NCBI GenBank assembly: GCA_048884785.1
Contig: JBHLQM010000047.1
Span: 1-28,583 of the forward strand
Direction: 5' to 3'
Source of the DNA: Candidatus Thorarchaeota archaeon
GTDB taxonomy: Archaea; Asgardarchaeota; Thorarchaeia; Thorarchaeales; Thorarchaeaceae
DNA length: 28,583 nt
In this document: positions 16,799 through 24,704 of the stretch, in pieces
How positions within the stretch are numbered: the first letter of the stretch is position 1
Layout of the letters: each line of letters starts with the position of its first letter
Notes under the pieces: model-generated
Databases searched by the model: none
What the model saw: only the letters and a program-made list of their open reading frames with translations
Told to the model about the DNA's origin: nothing
Position numbers and translations under genes: made by a program

Positions 16799-17221
16799 TT
16801 GTCAAGGAAAGTTGGAAGAGGAATTCGAAAATTCATACCTCGAATCGCACGAGGTTTACCTGTCGGCGCAACACTACTTTGTGCTGACAACTCAGGTGCA
16901 AAGGAGCTTCAGCTAATTACTGTATTCGGCTACAAGGGAAAATTGAGAAAGATTGGAAAGGCCGGTGTTGGTGACAGAGTCAATGTGGCTGTAACAAAGG
17001 GCAAACAGGAATTACGAAAGCAGGTACTACAAGCCATAATTGTCAGACAGCGAAAACCATTCAGAAGACCCGATGGCACATGGATGCAGTTCGAGGATAA
17101 TGCAGCTGTTCTAATCAAGCCCGGAGGTGAGCCTCAAGGCTCAGAGCTTAGAGGCCCAATGGCACGCGAAGTCACCTTGATGTGGCCAAGAGTTGCTGCC
17201 ATTGCATCAAAAATAGTATGA
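16799..17221 (+). CDS. rpl14: 50S ribosomal protein uL14
   Basis: CADNSGAK, IVRQRKPFRRPDG and FEDNAAV; TTG start with GGAGG SD. Confidence 0.98.
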   Translation: MSRKVGRGIRKFIPRIARGLPVGATLLCADNSGAKELQLITVFGYKGKLRKIGKAGVGDRVNVAVTKGKQELRKQVLQAIIVRQRKPFRRPDGTWMQFEDNAAVLIKPGGEPQGSELRGPMAREVTLMWPRVAAIASKIV

Positions 17222-17231
17222 GGTGAAACAA

Positions 17232-17618
17232 ATGGGAAAGAAACAAAGTTCAGTATCGCCGAGGAAGCAGCGAAATCTAATCCACAAGTCACCTCTGCAC
17301 ACCCATAAGAGCATGTTGAAGTGCAGACTAGATGAGTTTCTACGGGAAGAGTACCCGGTGCGGTCGCTAGTGCCAAAGAAGGGCGATTTAGTTCGCATAA
17401 TGCGAGGGCAATTCAGAGATACAGAAGGCAAAATTACCAGAGTTGATTACACCAAGATTCGAGTCTTTGTGGATAGTGCCACAACAACAAAATCTGATGG
17501 AAAAGAAGCCCTAATTCCTGTGCATCCATCCAATCTCCTGCTCGTCAAACTTGAGCTTGATGATGAAAGAAAGCGTTTCCTAGAGAGTAAGACAGTTAAT
17601 GTTACGGAGAGTGAATAA
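17232..17618 (+). CDS. rpl24: 50S ribosomal protein uL24
   Basis: PRKQR, KGDLVRIMRG KOW motif and PVHPSN; ATG 17232 follows a GAGGTG SD. Confidence 0.97.
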   Translation: MGKKQSSVSPRKQRNLIHKSPLHTHKSMLKCRLDEFLREEYPVRSLVPKKGDLVRIMRGQFRDTEGKITRVDYTKIRVFVDSATTTKSDGKEALIPVHPSNLLLVKLELDDERKRFLESKTVNVTESE

Positions 17619-18374
17619 ATGGCGAGAAGAGGTCAGAAGAAACACCTGAAGCGCATGCCTGCGCCAAAGCATTGGCCAATAATGAGGAAACATGGCAAGT
17701 TCACCACAAAACCAATTCCTGGCCCTCATGGAAAAGAGGATTGTCTTACATTGGCGATTCTATTGAGAGAAATCCTAGGAAGAGCCGAGAATATGAGAGA
17801 GGTCAAGGCGATTCTTTCTGTGGGCGACGTCACTGTTGATGGGCGCACTCGCAAAGATCCCCGCTTCCCAGTAGGCCTCATGGATGTCATTGAAATAAAA
17901 TCCTCTGGGGATAGGTTCCGATTACTACCAAAACGCAAAGGTGGCCTTCGACTTGTTAGCATTGACGAGGCGGAAACAAAGTTCAAGCTAGGTAGAATCC
18001 AGAAGAAACAGATGGTACAAGGTGGAAAGGTGCAACTTACTCTACATGATGGCAGAAGTATCCTGTTGCCTGATGGAGCAAAGCCCTCGGAGTACACAAC
18101 ACTTGATACTCTTGTTTTATCTGTTCCTGAGCAAAAGTTAATGGATACTATTTCGCTTGAGAAAGGATCCCATGTCGTCATAACCCAGGGTCGTAACATC
18201 GGGATCGAAGGTAAAGTTGTAGCGATTGAAAAACGAATAGGCACGCATGCGAGTACAGTGACAGTAGAAGACCCTCAGGGGACAAAATTCGAAACTGCAT
18301 TGGAATATGTGTTTGTGCTTGGTAAAAACAAGCCCAAGGTCAGCCTCGGCGTTGTGGGAGGAAGTTCTGAATGA
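17619..18374 (+). CDS. rps4e: 30S ribosomal protein eS4
   Basis: KHLKR.PAP..W, PGPH, VDGR.RKD..FPVGLMDVI and LHDGR. Confidence 0.98.
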   Translation: MARRGQKKHLKRMPAPKHWPIMRKHGKFTTKPIPGPHGKEDCLTLAILLREILGRAENMREVKAILSVGDVTVDGRTRKDPRFPVGLMDVIEIKSSGDRFRLLPKRKGGLRLVSIDEAETKFKLGRIQKKQMVQGGKVQLTLHDGRSILLPDGAKPSEYTTLDTLVLSVPEQKLMDTISLEKGSHVVITQGRNIGIEGKVVAIEKRIGTHASTVTVEDPQGTKFETALEYVFVLGKNKPKVSLGVVGGSSE

Positions 18375-18955
18375 GCGATGTAGAATTACCAAATGAGAAA
18401 CTCTTCCTTGAAGACTGGAAAGCCTATCCTATGAGACAACCCTATGTGTCAAAAGTAGTTGTAGACATGTGTACAGGTGGAGGAGAACCACTCAACCGTG
18501 CCTCTTCCATACTTGAAGAGCTAACTGGACAGACTCCGGTTCAGTCTCGCGCAAAGCAAACCATTCGTGATTTCAGTATTAGAAGAAAAGAGGCCATTGC
18601 GGTAAGAGTAACTCTTAGACATAGCAAAGCAAAAGGTTTCCTTGAGAAGGCTCTAAAGGCCAAGGATGATATTCTTCTAATTAAAAACTGGGATGAAGAT
18701 GGCAACTTTGCATTTGGCATAACTGAGCACATCAATATTCCCGGCGTGAAATACGATCCGCAGAAGGGAATCCAGGGGCTGAATATCACTGTTTGTCTTG
18801 AGAGACCTGGATATCGGGTAAAACGCAGGCGTCGATCCCGTGCAAAAGTGCCTCACAAGCATAGGCTGACTCCTGAAGAAAGCATGGTCTACGTGAAGAA
18901 CACCTTCGGGGTGGAAATCCTCGAAAAGGAGCGTGAGCGGACATATCTATTCTGA
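18371..18955 (+). CDS. rpl5: 50S ribosomal protein uL5
   Basis: LEELTGQ.P, RVTLR, GNFAFGI.EHI, YDP..GI.G and LERPGYRV. Confidence 0.98.
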   Translation: MSDVELPNEKLFLEDWKAYPMRQPYVSKVVVDMCTGGGEPLNRASSILEELTGQTPVQSRAKQTIRDFSIRRKEAIAVRVTLRHSKAKGFLEKALKAKDDILLIKNWDEDGNFAFGITEHINIPGVKYDPQKGIQGLNITVCLERPGYRVKRRRRSRAKVPHKHRLTPEESMVYVKNTFGVEILEKERERTYLF

Positions 18956-18963
18956 GGTGATGT

Positions 18964-19137
18964 ATGGTGAGTGCAAAGAAAGAACGAGGTAAACGCAGAA
19001 AGAAGACTGGCAAAGGCAGTAGAACATGTATCCGTTGCGGCACCCATCAGGCGATAATCCGTTCATATGGATTGAATATGTGCCGACGTTGTTTTAGAGA
19101 AACAGCGGTTAAGCTCGGTTTCAGGAAGATGAGTTAG
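18964..19137 (+). CDS. rps14: 30S ribosomal protein uS14, zinc-binding (absent from the ORF track)
   Basis: Manual translation: [57 protein letters not shown]; GAGGTGA SD. Confidence 0.97.
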   Translation: MVSAKKERGKRRKKTGKGSRTCIRCGTHQAIIRSYGLNMCRRCFRETAVKLGFRKMS

Positions 19138-19153
19138 GGAGGTTGGACGATAG

Positions 19154-19546
19154 ATGACACTACTAGATCCATTGGCTGATGCAATGACAAGTATCTACAA
19201 CAGTGAGCTTGTGGGAAAACCCGAGGTTGTTGTGGCTCCTGCTTCAAGCCTAATCGAGAGGGTATTGCGAGTAATGCAATCCAAGGGATACATTGGTGAA
19301 TTCGAGAGAGTTGATGACGGCAAAGCCGGCATGTTTCGGATTCAGCTAATGGGCCGAACAAACAAATGCGGTGTGATAAGACCACGCTTCCCCGTCAGAC
19401 GTGATGGCTTTGAAAGTTACGAGAAGCGCTTCTTGCCTGCATATAATTATGGGATACTTATTGTCACAACACCACAAGGTGTGATGACTCATAGTGAAGC
19501 CAAGGACCGCGGGATTGGCGGAAGGCTCCTGGCATATGTGTATTAA
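19154..19546 (+). CDS. rps8: 30S ribosomal protein uS8
   Basis: [28 protein letters not shown] and GGRLLAYVY. Confidence 0.98.
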   Translation: MTLLDPLADAMTSIYNSELVGKPEVVVAPASSLIERVLRVMQSKGYIGEFERVDDGKAGMFRIQLMGRTNKCGVIRPRFPVRRDGFESYEKRFLPAYNYGILIVTTPQGVMTHSEAKDRGIGGRLLAYVY

Positions 19547-19558
19547 GGAGGTCGAGAG

Positions 19559-20119
19559 ATGTCATACGATGCCTATGAAAAGAGGTTCGAAATCCCTGAT
19601 GATTGTAAGGTGACTGTCGAGAATAAAACAATCACAGTTAGTGGACCAAAGGGAAAGCTAACAAGAAGCTTTCCAGAGCCTCAGGTCAAAATATGGATGG
19701 AGAATAACGAAGTTGTTGCATCCACTCATGTTTCTCGAAAGAAAACTCGTGCTTTGGTAGGAACAGTCCTTGCTCACACAAGGAACATGTGCACTGGTGT
19801 TCAGCATGGCTATGAATACACTATGAAGATTGTCTACTCGCACTTTCCAATCTCTGTCGACGTAAAGGACGACGCTGTCATCATCAAGAACTTCATCGGT
19901 GAGCGAGGTGTCAGAACAGCCCGGCTAGTTGGAGATGTTGAGATACAGACCACTGAAGATGATATTATAATCAGCGGAGTAGACCTCGAACATGTTTCGC
20001 AGAGCGCCGCTAATATCCAACTTGCTACCAAAATCCGCGGAAAAGACAGACGTGTGTTTATGGATGGCATCTATGTCATTCGGAAGCGGAAAGGTGAGGA
20101 AGTGAAATCAATAGTATAG
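19559..20119 (+). CDS. rpl6: 50S ribosomal protein uL6
   Basis: GPKG, YSHFPI, NFIGER, QSAANI and KDRRVFMDGIY. Confidence 0.98.
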   Translation: MSYDAYEKRFEIPDDCKVTVENKTITVSGPKGKLTRSFPEPQVKIWMENNEVVASTHVSRKKTRALVGTVLAHTRNMCTGVQHGYEYTMKIVYSHFPISVDVKDDAVIIKNFIGERGVRTARLVGDVEIQTTEDDIIISGVDLEHVSQSAANIQLATKIRGKDRRVFMDGIYVIRKRKGEEVKSIV

Positions 20120-20130
20120 GAGGCAAGACA

Positions 20131-21042
20131 ATGTCAAAGAAATCTACACTTAGTGATGTACCCGGAGTTGGCCCCAAGATGGAGGAGAAACTCCGCGAGG
20201 CTGGTGTTAAAACGCCACTCGCACTGTCAAAGTCAGATCCAGAGAAACTGGCAAGTAAGGTGGACGGACTGAGTCTTGCTGGAGCTGAGAAGATTGTCGC
20301 GGCAGCCAAGGAAATGATTCCTGAGGCCGCTCCTACAAAGAAAGAAACTAAGCCAGCCAAGAAAGTCGCGGAGAAGGAAGCAAAGCCAAAGAAGGAAGCC
20401 AAGCCAGAGGCTCCCAAAGCCAAACCGAAGAAGGAAGCCGAGCCGAAAGCCCCAGAACCAAAGAAGGCCGAAGCAAAGAAGCCCGGGAAAGAAACACCTC
20501 CGGCAAAGAAGAAGCCTGAGGAGAAGAAAGAGGCAAAAGCAAAGAAAGCGAAGCCAAAGAAGAAAGAACCTGAACCCGAGTTTGTGAAGCGTGAGGTCAC
20601 ATATGACAAACGGCTATTCAGAATCGCTCAGGCTAAAAAGAGGCGTAAGCCAAAGTTCAGACACGAACAAGCCCATCGCTGGGTTCGTATAAGTAATAGT
20701 TGGAGAAAAGTCCGAGGTATAGATAGTGCTACTCGTGAAAAACTGAGCGGCCGCATTACACTTGTATCTCCTGGCTACAGAAGTCCAAAATCAGTCCGAG
20801 GGCTGCATCCATCTGGATATGAGGAAGCACTGGTTCATAGACCTGCGGACCTCTTGCAGCTTGATCCTGATGTTCATGCCATCAGGATTGCGAGTACAGT
20901 TGGGCTGAAGAAGCGTCAAATCATTCTTGACGAAGCAGAAATGAAGATGTTCAAGATCCTGAATCCGGGAGTTCCTGAGGCCGCAGCTGAAGAGGACCTC
21001 TTTGAGGAGCTTGAAGGATTAGATGACTTGGAGGTTGACTAG
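20131..21042 (+). CDS. rpl32e: 50S ribosomal protein eL32 with N-terminal HhH domain, Lys/Ala/Pro/Glu-rich linker and acidic tail
   Basis: eL32 core KPKFR, WRK.RGIDS, GYRSPK.VRGLHPSG; N-terminal VPGVGPK...LREAG HhH motif. Confidence 0.96.
   Translation: MSKKSTLSDVPGVGPKMEEKLREAGVKTPLALSKSDPEKLASKVDGLSLAGAEKIVAAAKEMIPEAAPTKKETKPAKKVAEKEAKPKKEAKPEAPKAKPKKEAEPKAPEPKKAEAKKPGKETPPAKKKPEEKKEAKAKKAKPKKKEPEPEFVKREVTYDKRLFRIAQAKKRRKPKFRHEQAHRWVRISNSWRKVRGIDSATREKLSGRITLVSPGYRSPKSVRGLHPSGYEEALVHRPADLLQLDPDVHAIRIASTVGLKKRQIILDEAEMKMFKILNPGVPEAAAEEDLFEELEGLDDLEVD
20317..20580 (+). repeat. Low-complexity coding repeats (KKEAKP/PAKK-like) within eL32
   Basis: Recurring AAGAAGGAAGCC(A/G)AGCC-like units encoding a K/E/A/P linker. 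Confidence 0.7.
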
Positions 21043-21044
21043 AG

Positions 21045-21497
21045 ATGAAACTTTCAACTCAGAAACGACTTGCTGCACAAGTAATGAAGGTCGGTATGTC
21101 CAGAGTATGGATTGACCCCCAGTTTCAAGATGAGGCTAGCCTAGCCATAACAAAAGAAGACATCCGAAGGCTAATTGATGAAGGTGCTATACAAAGAAAG
21201 CAGAAAGTAGGTGTGAGCAGAGGTCGAGCCCGTTATGTGATGGCACAGAAACGCAAGGGACAACAACGGGGTCCCGGGCACAAGAAGGGCAAGGCTACTG
21301 CACTCTTGTCAAAGAAGGATCGCTGGATGCATAAGATTCGTCCTATGCGTCGTGAGCTACAGCGTCTTCGAGATGAAGGAAAGATCTCTAGACGGGTCTA
21401 TCGTGACCTCTATCTGAAAGCGAAAGGCAATGCCTTCAGAAACACTGGCCACTTGAAGACCTATATTACTGAACAAAAACTAGGAGCGAAGAAATAA
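21045..21497 (+). CDS. rpl19e: 50S ribosomal protein eL19
   Basis: QKRLAA, RVWIDP, SRGRAR, GPGHKKG and YRDLYLKAKG. Confidence 0.98.
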   Translation: MKLSTQKRLAAQVMKVGMSRVWIDPQFQDEASLAITKEDIRRLIDEGAIQRKQKVGVSRGRARYVMAQKRKGQQRGPGHKKGKATALLSKKDRWMHKIRPMRRELQRLRDEGKISRRVYRDLYLKAKGNAFRNTGHLKTYITEQKLGAKK

Positions 21498-22252
21498 TGG
21501 CGCAGGGTCCAACATATCGAGTCAAGTTTCGTCGAAGGCGAGAAGGAAAGACGAATTACTACAAGCGCCGGAGGCTCTTACTATCAAGAAGGCCTCGTCT
21601 GGTGATTAGAAAGACGAACTCAAAAATAATCGTTCAGATAATCAGTGCAAAGGTACAGGGCGATGTTACTGATGCATCAGCCATTTCTTCTGAATTGGCT
21701 ACATATGGTTGGGTCGTTGGCACAAATAACCTACCATCTGCCTATCTTACTGGACTTCTTGCAGGTCTACGGGCAAGGAGTAGAGGAGTTGATAGTGCTA
21801 TCGTTGACATTGGTCTTAATCCTCCAGTAAAAGGCTCTAAAATCTATGCTGCACTCAAAGGCGTAATTGATGCAGGAATGGATGTACCCCATGATGCTGA
21901 GGTATTACCTGATGATGAGCGTATGACTGGGAAACACATTATTGAATGCTACGAGCATTTCTCCAATATCAAGGAAACTAAGATGTTCTCAAGGACAGGC
22001 GCTAAGAAAACAGCAATCACTGGTATTCCTAAGAGCTTTGATGCTGTGAAGAAAGCGCTGCTTCAGATTCCCAAGGTAGATCTGAAGAAGAAGAAGAAGT
22101 ATACAAAGCCGAAGGCAGCTGCAAAGGCACCGGCTAAGAAGATAAAAGAGAAACCCGCAGAGCGCCCACCGAGAGCAGAGCCAAGAGCTCCAAAGCCAAA
22201 GAAGCTCATAGCCCGAGGACGAGGAAAGAAGGGCAAGAAGGGCAAGCAGTAA
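21497..22252 (+). CDS. rpl18: 50S ribosomal protein uL18 with a basic C-terminal extension
   Basis: FRRRREGKTNY..R, RLVIRKTN, N.PSAYLTG and LKG.IDAG..VPH. Confidence 0.98.
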   Translation: MAQGPTYRVKFRRRREGKTNYYKRRRLLLSRRPRLVIRKTNSKIIVQIISAKVQGDVTDASAISSELATYGWVVGTNNLPSAYLTGLLAGLRARSRGVDSAIVDIGLNPPVKGSKIYAALKGVIDAGMDVPHDAEVLPDDERMTGKHIIECYEHFSNIKETKMFSRTGAKKTAITGIPKSFDAVKKALLQIPKVDLKKKKKYTKPKAAAKAPAKKIKEKPAERPPRAEPRAPKPKKLIARGRGKKGKKGKQ

Positions 22253-22262
22253 AGGGTGATTG

Positions 22263-22943
22263 ATGATGAGTAAACAAAGAAGACGCAGACCCGCAAGAGT
22301 TGAAGCAGACCCACTACAAGACTGGGTACCAAAGACCCATCTCGGCCGGCTTGTGAAAGAAGGTCACATCAACACAATACAGGACATCTTTGAGAATAAC
22401 CATGTTATTCGAGAACCTGAGATTGTGTCCATGCTGTTTCCTGATTTACGACAAGAGGTTGTTGATGTCACAATGGTTCAGCGACAATCCGATAGTGGAC
22501 AGCAGAAAAGCTTCAGGATAACAGTTGTTGTCGGGAATGGTGAAGGAGTTATTGGCATTGGTGTCGGAAAGGCTCCAGAGTTTGTGCCGGCTGTTCGCGC
22601 TGCTGAAACACGGGCAAAGCAAAACATTACCATGATCAGAAGAGGTTGCGGGTCCTGGGAATGTCGTTGTAACGACCCACACAGTCTTCCATTTGCAACA
22701 GATGGCAAGGCTGGATCAGTCAAAGTCACTCTTAGACCTGCACCCAAGGGTACCGGTCTAGTCACTGCAGATGTTGGAAAGATTGTGCTTCGCATTGCTG
22801 GTTTGAAGGATATATGGTCGATCACAAAGGGACGATCACGAACATCCTCCAATTTTGCAAAAGCGCTTCTTGAAGCTCTGACCAGCACCTACAAGATGCT
22901 TCCACCGCAAGAGTGGTCATTTACGGGGGCGGTTGAACAATGA
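22263..22943 (+). CDS. rps5: 30S ribosomal protein uS5
   Basis: WVPKT.LGRLV, VVVGN, RRGCGSWEC.C..PHSLPF and PAPKGTGL. Confidence 0.98.
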   Translation: MMSKQRRRRPARVEADPLQDWVPKTHLGRLVKEGHINTIQDIFENNHVIREPEIVSMLFPDLRQEVVDVTMVQRQSDSGQQKSFRITVVVGNGEGVIGIGVGKAPEFVPAVRAAETRAKQNITMIRRGCGSWECRCNDPHSLPFATDGKAGSVKVTLRPAPKGTGLVTADVGKIVLRIAGLKDIWSITKGRSRTSSNFAKALLEALTSTYKMLPPQEWSFTGAVEQ

Positions 22944-23422
22944 GTGGTGAAGAAAAAGTTATTCTCGCTATTAGAGTGAGAGGAAGAGTGCGAGTGCACC
23001 CTCGGATAGAAGACACACTTGACAAGCTTAGTCTCATCAGGCTACACCATGCAAGGGTGTACAAGACAACTCCTAGTGTTCGAGGAATGGTTGACAGAGC
23101 AAAGGACTATATCACATGGGGCGAGGTCAATCTTGATACCTTGACCACATTACTCGAGAAGCGCGGAAGGACAACCGGTAATAGGAAACTGACTGATGCC
23201 TACATCAAAAAGAACTCATCTTATAGTTCTATCAAAGCATTTGCGAAGGCAATAGCTACAGGTGAGGCTTCTGTCAAGGACGTGGAAGGTCTAAAGCCCA
23301 TTTTTAGGCTCACACCACCAAAGAAGGGCTACAAGGGTACAAAGTACTATTCTGTAGGCATGGGCGGCATTACAGGATACCGTGGTGATGGTATTAACGA
23401 ACTCGCTCAAAAAATGCTATAA
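22940..23422 (+). CDS. rpl30: 50S ribosomal protein uL30
   Basis: IRVRG, DTL..L.L, KDYITWGE, FRL.PPKKG and GYRG..INEL. Confidence 0.98.
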   Translation: MSGEEKVILAIRVRGRVRVHPRIEDTLDKLSLIRLHHARVYKTTPSVRGMVDRAKDYITWGEVNLDTLTTLLEKRGRTTGNRKLTDAYIKKNSSYSSIKAFAKAIATGEASVKDVEGLKPIFRLTPPKKGYKGTKYYSVGMGGITGYRGDGINELAQKML

Positions 23423-23438
23423 TATAGAGGTGAATGAA

Positions 23439-23984
23439 GTGTCGTGGAAAAATCCATTCGGGTCTGATGATGATGAAACCCGCGAGGCTCTTAGAAGATG
23501 GCTTGGAGAATTCCTTCCAGAGTCCATGTTCCAAGAGATCGAAGAAATGATGAATAGGATGATGGAACAGATGCAAGATGGCACTCTGTTTGATCCCAAG
23601 ATGATGGAGGAATTCATGAAGGATCCCCATGGCACCAATCCCTTTGTCTTTGGATTTTCCATGAGGGTTGGCCCTGATGGTAAACCAATGATTCAGAGAT
23701 TTGGCAACGCTCCCGATGGCGAAACCATGAAGATGACGCCCCAACTAGAACCACTTGTTGATGTCATCGAAGAGGGTGATGAGATCATTGTTGTTGCAGA
23801 GATGCCCGGTGTTGATAAGGACGATATCAAAGTCCGAGTAAAGGGCAGAACACTGACAATCGATGTTGATGATCCAGACCGTCCCTATCGCAAGACTCTG
23901 GAACTTCCCTCGAACGTGCAGAAGGAAAACGCCAAGTCTGCAATCAGAAATGGAGTATTAGAGGTTCGTCTGAAGAAGGATTAG
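23439..23984 (+). CDS. hsp20: Archaeal small heat shock protein Hsp20 (GTG start at 23439)
   Basis: PFVFGFSMRVGPDGKP..FGN, EPLVDV, VAEMPGVDKDDI and NGVLEVRL alpha-crystallin motifs; GAGGTG SD at 23427-23432. Confidence 0.95.
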   Translation: MSWKNPFGSDDDETREALRRWLGEFLPESMFQEIEEMMNRMMEQMQDGTLFDPKMMEEFMKDPHGTNPFVFGFSMRVGPDGKPMIQRFGNAPDGETMKMTPQLEPLVDVIEEGDEIIVVAEMPGVDKDDIKVRVKGRTLTIDVDDPDRPYRKTLELPSNVQKENAKSAIRNGVLEVRLKKD

Positions 23985-24000
23985 TAGCAGGGTGACCACT

Positions 24001-24453
24001 ATGCAAACGAGAAAAGAGAAGAAGATTCGGAAAATGAGAGGACAGCGGTCCGCAGGATATGGATTTACCAAGGGTCATAGAGCAGCTGGTCAAAGAGGCG
24101 GTAAGGGAAACGCTGGTCGAAAGAAGCATCATTACATCAAGACAATGATCGAGAATCCAAATTACTTTGGCAAGCATGGCTTCAAGAGACCTCAGAAAGT
24201 GATTGAAACAATCAATACCATCAATATCGGTGAATTAGACGAGGCTGCTGATAGGCTAGTTGAACGTGGTCTAGCTACCATGAAAGGCAAGAGGTATCAG
24301 ATTGATCTATCAAGGCTGGACATTGACAAGATTCTTGGTTCAGGAAAAGTCACCAAGAAGATAGACTTTACAGGCGTCAAGGTCGTCAGTCCGCGAGCTC
24401 GTGACAAGATCACTGAAGCCGGTGGCACGCTCGACATACTTGCTGAAGAATAA
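24001..24453 (+). CDS. rpl15: 50S ribosomal protein uL15 (alternative GTG start at 23992)
   Basis: RKMRG, G.RGG.GNAG, FGKHGF.RP, KILGSG and KI.EAGG. Confidence 0.98.
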   Translation: MQTRKEKKIRKMRGQRSAGYGFTKGHRAAGQRGGKGNAGRKKHHYIKTMIENPNYFGKHGFKRPQKVIETINTINIGELDEAADRLVERGLATMKGKRYQIDLSRLDIDKILGSGKVTKKIDFTGVKVVSPRARDKITEAGGTLDILAEE

Positions 24454-24639
24454 TACACAAGCCATTTGAGTTGCCTTCCTCTGGTTCAGATTTCATGAGC
24501 TTTAGAGGCATCTTTGCTTCTCAGAGAGTAGAACAATGCACCAAAGAGTGTACTACACGCTGGTACATTCCTCTGCCTTTGATATCAATTATCTACAAGT
24601 TTCTCTCCAAGAAAGCAGGGTTTCAGACAATGAGGGTAA

Positions 24640-24660
24640 ACCATTAGCTTTAAAGGTATA
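24640..24660 (+). promoter_or_regulatory. Putative secY promoter (TATA box)
   Basis: TTTAAAGG at 24649-24656, ~50 nt before the TTG start; GGAG SD near 24691. Confidence 0.5.
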
Positions 24661-24704
24661 CCACAACTGAACCCACGAAAATAACCTGCAGGAGACATAA
24701 GGTC

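Noticed and set aside
20076-20609. Phe/Ala/Ser-rich 177-aa minus-strand ORF that looks like a membrane protein
   Set aside because: Antisense of the Lys-rich eL32 linker
23382-23438. ORF-track N-terminal extension of Hsp20 overlapping rpl30
   Set aside because: The SD position supports GTG 23439; the extension is not sHSP-like
14353-24529. Complementarity between the operon leader (GCTCTCTG-AAGC, 14353-64) and trailer (GCTT-CT-CAGAGAGT, 24516-29)
   Set aside because: A short bulged match across 10 kb that competes with local hairpins; compatible with chance
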